In this document: one piece after another, positions 9,790 to 18,222 of the stretch
How positions within the stretch are numbered: position 1 is the first letter of the stretch
How the letters are laid out: the number at the start of each line of letters is the position of its first letter
Assembly: GCA_902573015.1 (NCBI GenBank)
Contig: CACGIE010000001.1
Coordinates: 8,528-72,527 of the forward strand
Origin: an uncultured Candidatus Poseidoniales archaeon
Lineage (GTDB): Archaea > Thermoplasmatota > Poseidoniia > Poseidoniales > Thalassarchaeaceae
Direction: 5' to 3'
Length of the DNA: 64,000 nucleotides
The notes under the pieces: model-generated
Told to the model about the DNA's origin: nothing
The model's input: only the letters and a program-made list of their open reading frames with translations
Database searches by the model: none
Made by a program: the position numbers and the translations under genes

Positions 9790-12700
9790 CTTCTATCCTC
9801 CAGTTCTAATCTCATTGCTACTCCAAGACTCTTCATTTCATCCAGGAGAAGTTTGAATGCATAGGAGGTCTGGACGCTATGGACGTCTGACCTATCGCCG
9901 CAGACAGGGCAGATTGTAGTCCTTCTCTTCCAATCGTAATATGCGATATGACCGCATCTGGGAGTGTTGCAGACCATAAGATTCCAGCCATCTGATTCAT
10001 CAAGAAGACGATCCTTGATTACCATGGATGCGCCATGAGAAATTAGACAGTCACGCTCCATCTCTCCGAATCTGAGGCCACCTTGCCTTGCTCTACCTTC
10101 TGTTGGTTGCCTAGTGAGGATTTGCACCCTTCCTCTGCTTCTAGCATGGAGTTTACTGCTAACCAGATGGTGGAGTCGCTGGTAATAGATGACGCCAACG
10201 AATGTATCGACAGGGAAACTCTCTCCTGTCTCTCCGTTAATCATCGACTCCCTACCGGTGTGCTTCAGACCGTTTCTAAGTAGGCCCGATCTGAGCGACT
10301 CTTCCTTTTCCCCGGTGAATGCGGTTCCATCTATTCTTCTGCCCTCCATGGATCCAACCTTTCCTCCGATCATCTCCAATACGTGGGCTACAGTCATTCT
10401 AGAAGGGATAGCGTGGGGATTGATGAGTAAATCAGGTATGACGCCGTCTTCTGTGAATGGCATATCTTCCTCATTTACCAGTCTACCAATTATTCCCTTT
10501 TGTCCGTGTCTGCTGGCGAACTTGTCTCCAAGTTCTGGAACCTTATTCGTCCTAAGAGTAATTCGGACTAGCCTACCTGAGTCGAGGGACTCTGTAACGA
10601 AGATGTTATCCACCCAGCCCTTCTCACCGTGACGAACGAGCATAGAGGACTCCCTCCGTTCCTGGGCCTGCAGGAATGCCCCGTGTGACTCTTCTAGGAA
10701 CCTAGGCGGGCTGGTTTTACCTACAAGGATAGATCTACCGCCTTCCTGACTGGTCAGCTCTACCTCTGGAACAGGTAGTCCGTCTCTTTCCAGATGAGAA
10801 TAAGAATCCCACGACTTGAGTCCTTTGATTTCATCAAGACCCGTGCCTGGAACCTCGATCCTCTCCTCTTGTCCGCCTGGGAATCTCTTGTTCTCTGCAT
10901 TGTAAGTCCTGACGAACGCAGATCTACCGAGGGCCCTCTCAACCGAGGCTTTGTTCATAATAACGGCGTCTTGCATGTTGTAACCGTGATGGCTGACGAT
11001 TGCAACAACGAAGTTCTGACCCCCAGGCCTTTCATCGAATTTAGTGGACTTCATAGCCCGTGTCCCCACAATTGATCTCTGGGGGTAGTGCATCACATGT
11101 GCACGGGTATCGGGTCTAAGTCTGAAATTGGCACTAGCCACTCCTAGACTCTGTTTGACCATCGCTGTTCCACCCGTAACCCTTGGTGTTGAGTTGTGTT
11201 CAGGATACGGGACTAGAGAGGCGCAAACGCCCATGATGAGTTGAGGGTCGATCTCTACGTGAGTATACACCAGAACTGTGTGATCCTTTTTCTCTTTCCT
11301 CTTGAGTGCGTCCATGTTTTCTTGGTAGTAGTTTAGTGGAACCTTGAATTTCTCTATCTTTGACTCACCATTGGGCATAGTTACTTCTGCAGACACCTCA
11401 GCATGTGATATTCCATGCTCTCCAAGGTTGGTCCACTGTACCTTTGATGGATTTATGGGACGTTTGTTCTTTGGGGATACTGAAGGCAAATCGAAAGGTC
11501 TTGGAGCTATCAAGAGGTCTTCTTCTTCTTCGGCATCTACCCATTCTACAACTCCCCCAGAGACAAGATCAGAAAATGTGATCTCGCCGCTTTCTAATGC
11601 TTCCAAGTGCATCTTTGTAATTTGCAGACTACCATGATCGATTATTAGAAGTGGGCGTAGCATCCTACCCCTATCGGTGTTGATGAAAACATCACGATTC
11701 TCATTGTCATGCCTGATACTTACCTCTGGTCTAATCCTACCTGATCTGCGTCTCCTCTTGAATTGGCTTACGAGCTTATGTGGCCTCTTGTGAAGGCCGA
11801 AGATATCTCCGTTAACATGTATCCTAGAGCCGTCTGCCCAGCCCTCGGGATTATCGTCTACTCCTGCTTCCTTCAATAATGCCTTGACATCCTCTTCGGG
11901 AACTTCCTCTGAGACGTCTATCATTTGTGCTGCATTCTTTACTAGACCACAATTTTGCCCCTCAGGAGTCTCGTTTGGACATAGTCTGCCCCATTGTGTA
12001 GGGTGCAAATCTCTTGCCTCGAAATGGGGCTGACTTCGAACGAGTGGGCTCGTGACCCTCCTCATATGAGACAGTGCAGACAAGTATGTTGTCCTATCAA
12101 GAAGTTGGCTTACTCCTGACCTCCCCCCGACCCAGTTTCCTGTAGCAAGAGCATGCATAATCTTGGTTGTAAGGACGTCAGGACGAAGGCAAGAAGAAAT
12201 TCTTAGTTCCCTCTTCCTATTGTGGTGCCTCTCCAATTGGTACTTCAAGTCTCGAGCCAGTTGCTGAAGGCTTACCCTGAAGAGATCCTCCACGAGATCC
12301 CCAGCTAGACGGACACGCTTGTTTGCGTAGTGATCCTTGTCATTAGGATCCTTATCCATGATGGCCATCTCTAGAACTTGCCTAGCAATACGACCCAGGA
12401 AAATTGCTTTCTTCTCCCTATTATCAAATTTCGATCCTAAGTGAGGCAGTAGTTCGTTATCGAGTAAGTTTTGGATTCTCGATTCTCTGTACTCCTTCTG
12501 CTGACCTGCTGCGAACTTCTTCTCCAACCAAGCTAGGGCCTCCTCAGATGTATCGACACCATACTCCTCATTATCCCTAAGATCGTTTAGGTTAGCCACG
12601 GTATACTTCATCGCCTCGGGAGGTCCTGCAATAGAGGCGAAGATATCCATATCCTTGGCTACTCCAAGTGCCCTCATCAGAAGTACCAGAGGAATGGGGG

Positions 12701-13478
12701 TAGTTCCCGCACTAGGGATCTTAACCATTAGCATTCCATCTCTTCTCTTTTCAACGTTCAGAGGCTTCCTTACGCCGTCTTTTTGGGAGAATATTTTCGC
12801 GACTTGGGTTTCATGGGCATACTTCTTGTTCTTCTCTACTGTTACCCTGTTTGGAGCGAGGTCCTCCATTGAAATCAGAACTCTCTCGGTCCCGTTGATA
12901 ATGAAGTAACCACCGGGATCAAGAGGGTCTTCGCCATACTTTCGTAGAAGTTGTGTATATCTCTCCGAATCCTCAGTAGAGGTTTCCGGGGCGAGGCGCC
13001 GATTCTCATCTGCATGGTTTGGGTTCAGGTTGCACCTAGCTGATCTAACCATTATCGGTAAATTCCCTATGTGGACGCTCGTTTCCTCCTGGAATCCCAT
13101 CTCGGATCCGGGAGATGGGGGCAAATCGTCACGAAAAATCTTGAAGTCTAGATAGACGGGTGAGAAGTAAGTAAGCTTCCTGAGTCTGCATTCCATTGGA
13201 GTTGCATGGTGTTCTGCCCCGTTGGCCTCCTTAATTGTGGGCCTGCCTAACCTAAGATTCTTTAGTCGGACAATGATTTCTTTATCTAAAAGATCGAGTT
13301 TGACTAATCCTCCCTCGTCATCTTCTACTGGTTCGTCACTACCGATTCTAATGTTCCGTACGATGTTCTCCATCCTACTCTCCTTACCGTCTCCGATAGG
13401 TATGCAGTCGTTGTACGAAGCAAGTTGGTGGTTCACTAGGCTTCTATGCTTGAAATAACTCTCAACAATCTCTCTCAA
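9786..13478 (-). CDS. rpoB: DNA-directed RNA polymerase subunit B (unsplit)
   Basis: 1230 aa. GGYFIINGTERV, RQPTEGRARQGGLRFGEMERDC and a C-terminal Zn motif CNTPRCG...CPVCG. A single ORF, not the B'/B'' split. Confidence 0.97.
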   Translation of the reverse strand: MREIVESYFKHRSLVNHQLASYNDCIPIGDGKESRMENIVRNIRIGSDEPVEDDEGGLVKLDLLDKEIIVRLKNLRLGRPTIKEANGAEHHATPMECRLRKLTYFSPVYLDFKIFRDDLPPSPGSEMGFQEETSVHIGNLPIMVRSARCNLNPNHADENRRLAPETSTEDSERYTQLLRKYGEDPLDPGGYFIINGTERVLISMEDLAPNRVTVEKNKKYAHETQVAKIFSQKDGVRKPLNVEKRRDGMLMVKIPSAGTTPIPLVLLMRALGVAKDMDIFASIAGPPEAMKYTVANLNDLRDNEEYGVDTSEEALAWLEKKFAAGQQKEYRESRIQNLLDNELLPHLGSKFDNREKKAIFLGRIARQVLEMAIMDKDPNDKDHYANKRVRLAGDLVEDLFRVSLQQLARDLKYQLERHHNRKRELRISSCLRPDVLTTKIMHALATGNWVGGRSGVSQLLDRTTYLSALSHMRRVTSPLVRSQPHFEARDLHPTQWGRLCPNETPEGQNCGLVKNAAQMIDVSEEVPEEDVKALLKEAGVDDNPEGWADGSRIHVNGDIFGLHKRPHKLVSQFKRRRRSGRIRPEVSIRHDNENRDVFINTDRGRMLRPLLIIDHGSLQITKMHLEALESGEITFSDLVSGGVVEWVDAEEEEDLLIAPRPFDLPSVSPKNKRPINPSKVQWTNLGEHGISHAEVSAEVTMPNGESKIEKFKVPLNYYQENMDALKRKEKKDHTVLVYTHVEIDPQLIMGVCASLVPYPEHNSTPRVTGGTAMVKQSLGVASANFRLRPDTRAHVMHYPQRSIVGTRAMKSTKFDERPGGQNFVVAIVSHHGYNMQDAVIMNKASVERALGRSAFVRTYNAENKRFPGGQEERIEVPGTGLDEIKGLKSWDSYSHLERDGLPVPEVELTSQEGGRSILVGKTSPPRFLEESHGAFLQAQERRESSMLVRHGEKGWVDNIFVTESLDSGRLVRITLRTNKVPELGDKFASRHGQKGIIGRLVNEEDMPFTEDGVIPDLLINPHAIPSRMTVAHVLEMIGGKVGSMEGRRIDGTAFTGEKEESLRSGLLRNGLKHTGRESMINGETGESFPVDTFVGVIYYQRLHHLVSSKLHARSRGRVQILTRQPTEGRARQGGLRFGEMERDCLISHGASMVIKDRLLDESDGWNLMVCNTPRCGHIAYYDWKRRTTICPVCGDRSDVHSVQTSYAFKLLLDEMKSLGVAMRLELEDRR

Positions 13479-13490
13479 TTAAATTCCTCC

Positions 13491-14078
13491 TTACGCGCTC
13501 TCCACAATTAGCCTGAATGCCACTGATTGTCCTGCAGATCTACTGTATCGAACGACTTTGACAACTCTATTTGCTAGCCATCCGGCAGGAAGTTCATCGT
13601 TCTCAGATTCTTCGACCTCTTTGATAACCTGAATTGCAGGATCGGTAATCAGAATTTTCGGCAGGAGTTCCTTTGCGAGCCTGTTCTTTCCAAAGGCATC
13701 ATCCGTTATGAGCCCCCATGGCTCAAGAATCTGTGCTTCATCCTCGATTGGGACTAGTTCATGATGAGGCACGAGTACATGGTTAAGCACATTGAATCTG
13801 TAGTCTCCAGTAGGGATGTCCTCATCCAGAAGTGCCTTTCGGGAGATAGTGATTCTGTTACTCTTACTCCTCTTACGAGAGCCAACATGTTCACTAATAA
13901 CGCCCATGATATGCTCAAGTTCGGAGACCCCATCCTCAAGGCCGACCTTTTTCGCGACCTGCTCCCTGGACATTCTCTTTATTGCGTCCAGATTTGCGTC
14001 GTCCGCCAACTTGTGTGCGTGATCCTCCGGGATCCCCAGCTCTATCAATCTCTTTTTTGTTGAGCTCTTTACTGCCAT
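13491..14078 (-). CDS. rpoH: DNA-directed RNA polymerase subunit H with an N-terminal extension of about 105 aa
   Basis: The C-terminal ~85 aa (NVLNHVLVPHHELV...LPKILITDPAIQ...VVKVVRYSRSAGQSVAFRLIV) match the RpoH/Rpb5 C-domain. 195 aa versus about 80 typical. First gene of the rpoH-B-A'-A'' order. Confidence 0.85.
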   Translation of the reverse strand: MAVKSSTKKRLIELGIPEDHAHKLADDANLDAIKRMSREQVAKKVGLEDGVSELEHIMGVISEHVGSRKRSKSNRITISRKALLDEDIPTGDYRFNVLNHVLVPHHELVPIEDEAQILEPWGLITDDAFGKNRLAKELLPKILITDPAIQVIKEVEESENDELPAGWLANRVVKVVRYSRSAGQSVAFRLIVESA

Positions 14079-14096
14079 GACTCTTCCCCCACCCAG

Positions 14097-14126
14097 AAAA
14101 AACGAGGGCCTGAGAAGCCGTCAGGC
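14097..14126 (-). terminator. hairpin (GCCUGA-CGGCUUC-UCAGGC) followed by U6, between the tRNA-Lys 3' end and the rpoH start
   Basis: Minus strand reads ...CAGGCCC G CCTGACGGCTTCTCAGGC CCTCG TTTTTT CTGGGTGGGGGAAGAGTC ATG. A 6-bp stem plus oligo-T is the usual archaeal termination or pausing signal. Confidence 0.35.
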
Positions 14127-14199
14127 GGGCCTGAGGGGATTCGAACCCCCGGCCACCGGGTTAAAAGCCCGGCGCTCTACCTGACTAAGCTACAGGCCC
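14126..14199 (-). tRNA. tRNA-Lys: tRNA-Lys (anticodon UUU), 74 nt, no encoded CCA
   Basis: Folded by hand from GGGCCTGTAGCTTAGTCAGGTAGAGCGCCGGGCTTTTAACCCGGTGGCCGGGGGTTCGAATCCCCTCAGGCCCG. 7-bp acceptor, D stem GCTT/GAGC, anticodon stem CCGGG/CCCGG with loop CTTTTAA, 5-nt variable region, and T arm GGGGG-TTCGAAT-CCCCT. Confidence 0.9.
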
Positions 14200-14394
14200 A
14201 TGGCTGATGCTGGGCTATCCTCCGACCCTAGGGGCCTTCAAAAGGCTTGCGCATAGTAAAGCTCTCGCAAATCAGCGAGGCGTCCGGGGGGAGCCGGTTC
14301 GAATCTCATTAATTCGCTTACGACATAAAGGTTGTTGAAGCCTCTAATAGCCAGTTAACACAACAATTTTGTCTCTAAACGAGTTGAAAAAATC

Positions 14395-15738
14395 ATGACG
14401 ACGACCAAAGTCTCATTGGAAGGAGTTGGGGAGTGGGAGGTTTTCTCACCTCAGACAGTTTATCCTCCGAGGGAGGATTCGTTATTACTATGCAGAGTCA
14501 TTTCAGAATTTACCCCCTTTCCAGGTACAAAGGCCCTAGAAATTGGCTGCGGATCAGGAATAGTTACTATGGCCTTAGCCACTCTTGGTTGGGAGGTTTC
14601 AGCCTGCGACTTGAATCCATTTGCAGTTTCTGCGACAAGAGGAAATATGGAGAATAACGGAATTCCTGGAAGTCATAGAATTATCGAATCCGGTGTAGGA
14701 GAAAATTTTGCTATCCCAGATGGAACAAGATTAGTGATATGGAATCTACCCTATCTTGAAAGAGAAGATGAGGACGATGAAATTGAGAAAATAGAGGAAA
14801 TTGCATGGTCTGAAATTCCAGGGAAGGGTTGGGGTGGAGAACTTCTGAATTTCTTAGATTCCCAACATAATGTGAATGGACTATTGGTATTGATGGTAAT
14901 GAAGACAGAACCAGAGGGAAAAAGCAAGGCCGTTGACTGGGAACGAAGGGGATGGACATCCCGTACACTTGGTTCAGAGAGGTTTGGGGTAGAAAAGATT
15001 GAGGTTGTGGCCTTTTGGAAGACCGGAGCGGGCCACTCTCCAACTATTATCGATACCTGCTCTTCGACAATGGAAGAAGTAATGGAAATATCGGGTGGAG
15101 ATTGGGTGAGAGTCATGTCCAGGATTCAGACGAATGGCAGAGGGAGGAAGAACTCCCAATGGATCTCAGAGGAAGGCGGAGTTTTTGCCACATGGAAATT
15201 AGGGTCGAACCTTATTGATGAGTTCTCTCCAGGAATAATCCAAACTAGTGTTGGAGCTGTTGTTTCCGAAGTTCTGGAAGCAGAAATGAAGTGGCCGAAC
15301 GACATTCTTAACAAAAAGGGAGAGAAGATGGGAGGGGTACTTGTAGAGTCTTCGAATGGCGAAGGTAGTGGAATTCGAATCGGGATAGGGATAAATCGGT
15401 TTAGTTTATCCAGAGAGAAGAAAATTCTAGGTTGTGGATGGGAAGAGACCCTTGGCAATGTTGATGCAAAGGAGATTTTTAATAAAATAGACAGGGGGAT
15501 TTCTTCTATTTTCGAAAAGAAGGATTTCTTGCCCCTCCCAAGCAAGGATAGCCTGGTTATCCAATCTTGGATTTCTCTATCAAAATCTCTATCCAGAGGT
15601 GTTGCTGTAAGACTGGGCAACGAAGTAGTTAGGCCCTCGGGATTGAACAAGTTAGGAGAGATACGGGTTACTGGGGGGTCTATTGGATGTGTAGATATTG
15701 GGGATCTGGACAAAATTGAGTGGTTGGGCTACAGGTAA
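14395..15738 (+). CDS. fusion protein: N-terminal HemK/Mtq2-type protein (glutamine-N5) methyltransferase domain plus C-terminal biotin-protein ligase (BirA catalytic) domain
   Basis: N-terminal half has VYPPREDSLLL, SAM motif LEIGCGSGIV, and LVIWNLPYL (an NPPY-type motif IV). C-terminal half has QTNGRGRKNSQWIS (GRGRxGRxW-type biotin-ligase motif), KWPNDIL and GIGINR. Confidence 0.8.
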   Translation: MTTTKVSLEGVGEWEVFSPQTVYPPREDSLLLCRVISEFTPFPGTKALEIGCGSGIVTMALATLGWEVSACDLNPFAVSATRGNMENNGIPGSHRIIESGVGENFAIPDGTRLVIWNLPYLEREDEDDEIEKIEEIAWSEIPGKGWGGELLNFLDSQHNVNGLLVLMVMKTEPEGKSKAVDWERRGWTSRTLGSERFGVEKIEVVAFWKTGAGHSPTIIDTCSSTMEEVMEISGGDWVRVMSRIQTNGRGRKNSQWISEEGGVFATWKLGSNLIDEFSPGIIQTSVGAVVSEVLEAEMKWPNDILNKKGEKMGGVLVESSNGEGSGIRIGIGINRFSLSREKKILGCGWEETLGNVDAKEIFNKIDRGISSIFEKKDFLPLPSKDSLVIQSWISLSKSLSRGVAVRLGNEVVRPSGLNKLGEIRVTGGSIGCVDIGDLDKIEWLGYR

Positions 15739-16022
15739 GATTTCAGACGTTCCCTTACTAGTCTAATCTTTCCGGAACTAGTGATGGTTTCAAATCCTGA
15801 AATCTCGTTCAGTTTTTCTAGAGCCTCTTGGTAGTCCGATAGAGTTGTCTTGAGTATGGCAAATGTTCTTTTAGACTGTTTCACCATATCGAATAGTTTC
15901 CATTCTAACCCATACATTCTTTCTCCTAGGAGTTTCTTCAAATTATCTCTTTGGATAGATTCATTGACTTGGAAAGCAACCCACCTGTGTTTGCCCCTTG
16001 CTGCCTTTTTTGGCTTCGGCAT
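15729..16022 (-). CDS. rnp2: RNase P protein component 2 (Pop5 family), tentative
   Basis: 97 aa. GKHRWVAFQV (compare the RxRYIAFxV consensus) and the C-terminal ITSSGKIRLVRERL (compare vSGTIkk) are the pattern I recall for archaeal Pop5. Confidence 0.55.
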   Translation of the reverse strand: MPKPKKAARGKHRWVAFQVNESIQRDNLKKLLGERMYGLEWKLFDMVKQSKRTFAILKTTLSDYQEALEKLNEISGFETITSSGKIRLVRERLKSYL

Positions 16023-16053
16023 GGTATCCCGAAGGGGTTTACCTTAACCAATA

Positions 16054-17286
16054 GTGGGTTCACGCGGATGTGTGAACAACGGTACTCATGAAGATCTTCG
16101 CAAGTCCGAAAGCGCGTTTACAATTTTCTCCGACCCGTCAACTCTCCCTCATATCGCCTTGCTAATAATATTCTCAGGTTCACTGTATGGTGCAATGAGT
16201 ATGGATTTATTCGGTTCAGAGAGTCAAGGCGCAGCAATATTTGTCTCCCTATCGATATCATACATGATTGCGGCATTGATTCGTCCCAGCAGAATTGGAA
16301 TATTCCTACTAACAGTGGAAAGTAATGGTGATGGGGTACTAAGGAGGAAGTACCTAACCAAGGGCGTAATTAAGACCCTGCCCGTTATTATCTTGGCAAC
16401 CCTAATCTGGTACGGCTTAAACACTATTCTAAACAAAGAAAATTTGAACGATTTGAAATTGATTCTAGCAATGATGTTCATTGCAATGTCGTTGTTTCAG
16501 GGACTTACTCTGACTGTAGGTTGGATTGAGTACGGTAGGAAAATCCGAGGCCAACCCAGAGATAGTAGGGCTGGAGTTTATCCATCGCTATTTAGGATAA
16601 CAATTTCTTTACTTTTACTCGCACCCCTAGTATGGTGGTTTGGATATGGCACTGTTAATCCATCAAATGCGAATTTCTCGACAAACTTGGTGTGGTTCAT
16701 TTTCCTAATCACAATTGTTTTTCTGGGAGTATTGATGGAGCGTTATACCAAATCATTCAGAGAGGGGTCAGAAGTAGATGGAGTAGTTCGTGACAGGGTT
16801 TATTTTCTTATTTTCTTAACTTCCTGCTGGCATCTCCTAAGTTCATGGAGAAGAGCTCCATTCACCGTAGAACAGTCTTCAGTCGGTCTCTTTATTGAAG
16901 AGAGCATTCTGATGTCAATTACTATCATTTTGGCAGTTTGGTCATTGTCAAAGAAAGGTCATAAGAGAGGTTGGAGAATTTTCCAAGGACAATCGGCAAT
17001 TTTCTGGGGGGTGTGTTTCGGCCTTGCTTATTGCGGTAGTGTATCTTCCTTGACTGTGCTTTCCGAGGGCAGCCTAATGACTACAACTGCTATCGGTCAC
17101 GCTATCACTGCTATTGTGATGTTAGCGATCTGTCCAATCGCCATCTCTCGGGTAGGGTTGTCAGAGGATTTAGAGGCACAAATTGAGATTTCAGAGCATT
17201 CGCTGACTCCTGAGGAAGTTCCTCATTCCCAATCTGCTAGAGTTGAGGAATCTGGTGACGAGGATATTGTTGAGATTATTCACTAG
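16054..17286 (+). CDS. polytopic membrane protein, unknown function (GTG start)
   Basis: 410 aa with about 10 hydrophobic segments and an acidic C-terminal tail. No family motif recognised. Confidence 0.6.
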   Translation: MGSRGCVNNGTHEDLRKSESAFTIFSDPSTLPHIALLIIFSGSLYGAMSMDLFGSESQGAAIFVSLSISYMIAALIRPSRIGIFLLTVESNGDGVLRRKYLTKGVIKTLPVIILATLIWYGLNTILNKENLNDLKLILAMMFIAMSLFQGLTLTVGWIEYGRKIRGQPRDSRAGVYPSLFRITISLLLLAPLVWWFGYGTVNPSNANFSTNLVWFIFLITIVFLGVLMERYTKSFREGSEVDGVVRDRVYFLIFLTSCWHLLSSWRRAPFTVEQSSVGLFIEESILMSITIILAVWSLSKKGHKRGWRIFQGQSAIFWGVCFGLAYCGSVSSLTVLSEGSLMTTTAIGHAITAIVMLAICPIAISRVGLSEDLEAQIEISEHSLTPEEVPHSQSARVEESGDEDIVEIIH

Positions 17287-18188
17287 AGGCCGCTAACAAC
17301 GGCTACAAGTCGTAATCTTCCAACTAAATCATCGCTTGCTCTAGCACCGAGAATAACCTGGCAATCCTCATCTAGGGTTGATACAAAGGCCTCTGAAACC
17401 ATGTTCAGGTGACCTAGCGTCATATCTGGCCCTCCCTCCACTTGTATCATACATCCTTTGGCCCCATCGATTGATATTTCTGATAGAGGTGAGTTTCTTG
17501 CAATCCTAACGACCTCGTCTGGATCCGAAGTAGTCCCATTACCGACTATTAGGGTCGCATTACCAGGTCTACCAACTATTGTTCGAAGATCCATCAGATC
17601 GAGATTCATCTTACCGACTCTAGCTAGAGTTGTTACCAGACCCTCGATTAATTCCCCTATCCATTCGGACCCCATCTTCCAGTCAGATTCCCGATGCCTG
17701 GCCTGCCATGCAAGTCTCTCAAGACTGACTCGAATGCAAAGATCAGAGTTCCTCTCTATCGAGGGAATGGCCTTGTCTGCAATAGCGGAACGTAGAGGTT
17801 GTTCGGCAAAGGGCATGCCAACAATACTGATTACAAGGCTGCCTGCCTCAGAGGATCGAGCGGCAATTTCTGCGGCCGCACCGGAACCGGTCCCGCCTCC
17901 TAAAGCGGCAAGGATGATTACGAGTTCAGAGTTTTTTAGCATGTCTTGGATGTTGGCCACTCCCTCGTTTAGCCGGTATGCAGCCAAATTTGGCAGTGCG
18001 GCGGTTCCCTTTCCACTTCCTGATGCATCCAGATGAAGGCAATGGGCTTCAAATTCAGAAGAGAACGAAGATTCATCGGCGTCAACAAGTAATAACTCGG
18101 ATAGTTGTTGACACCTCCCATGTGCTCGGGAAGACCAGTTGCAGCCTATCCCACCAACGCCGACAATCAGTATGGAGCTCGGTTCCAT
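17283..18188 (-). CDS. divergent short FtsZ/tubulin-superfamily GTPase
   Basis: 301 aa. IVGVGGIGCN (T1-like), ILAALGGGTGSGAAAEIA (tubulin/FtsZ signature GGGTGSG), GMPFAEQ, MNLDLMDL (T7-like NxDxxD), and C-terminal-domain-like IDGAKGCMIQVEGGPDMTL. No C-terminal linker or tail. Confidence 0.75.
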   Translation of the reverse strand: MEPSSILIVGVGGIGCNWSSRAHGRCQQLSELLLVDADESSFSSEFEAHCLHLDASGSGKGTAALPNLAAYRLNEGVANIQDMLKNSELVIILAALGGGTGSGAAAEIAARSSEAGSLVISIVGMPFAEQPLRSAIADKAIPSIERNSDLCIRVSLERLAWQARHRESDWKMGSEWIGELIEGLVTTLARVGKMNLDLMDLRTIVGRPGNATLIVGNGTTSDPDEVVRIARNSPLSEISIDGAKGCMIQVEGGPDMTLGHLNMVSEAFVSTLDEDCQVILGARASDDLVGRLRLVAVVSGL

Positions 18189-18222
18189 GGATTCGGAACC
18201 GAGGTAGCCAGTTTATATTGTT

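Noticed and set aside
14281-14312. GGTTCGAATC T-loop-like motif suggesting a second tRNA on the plus strand
   Set aside because: I could not form a T stem (GCCGG versus CTCAT), an acceptor stem or a 7-nt anticodon loop on either strand. At most it is a remnant or a coincidence.
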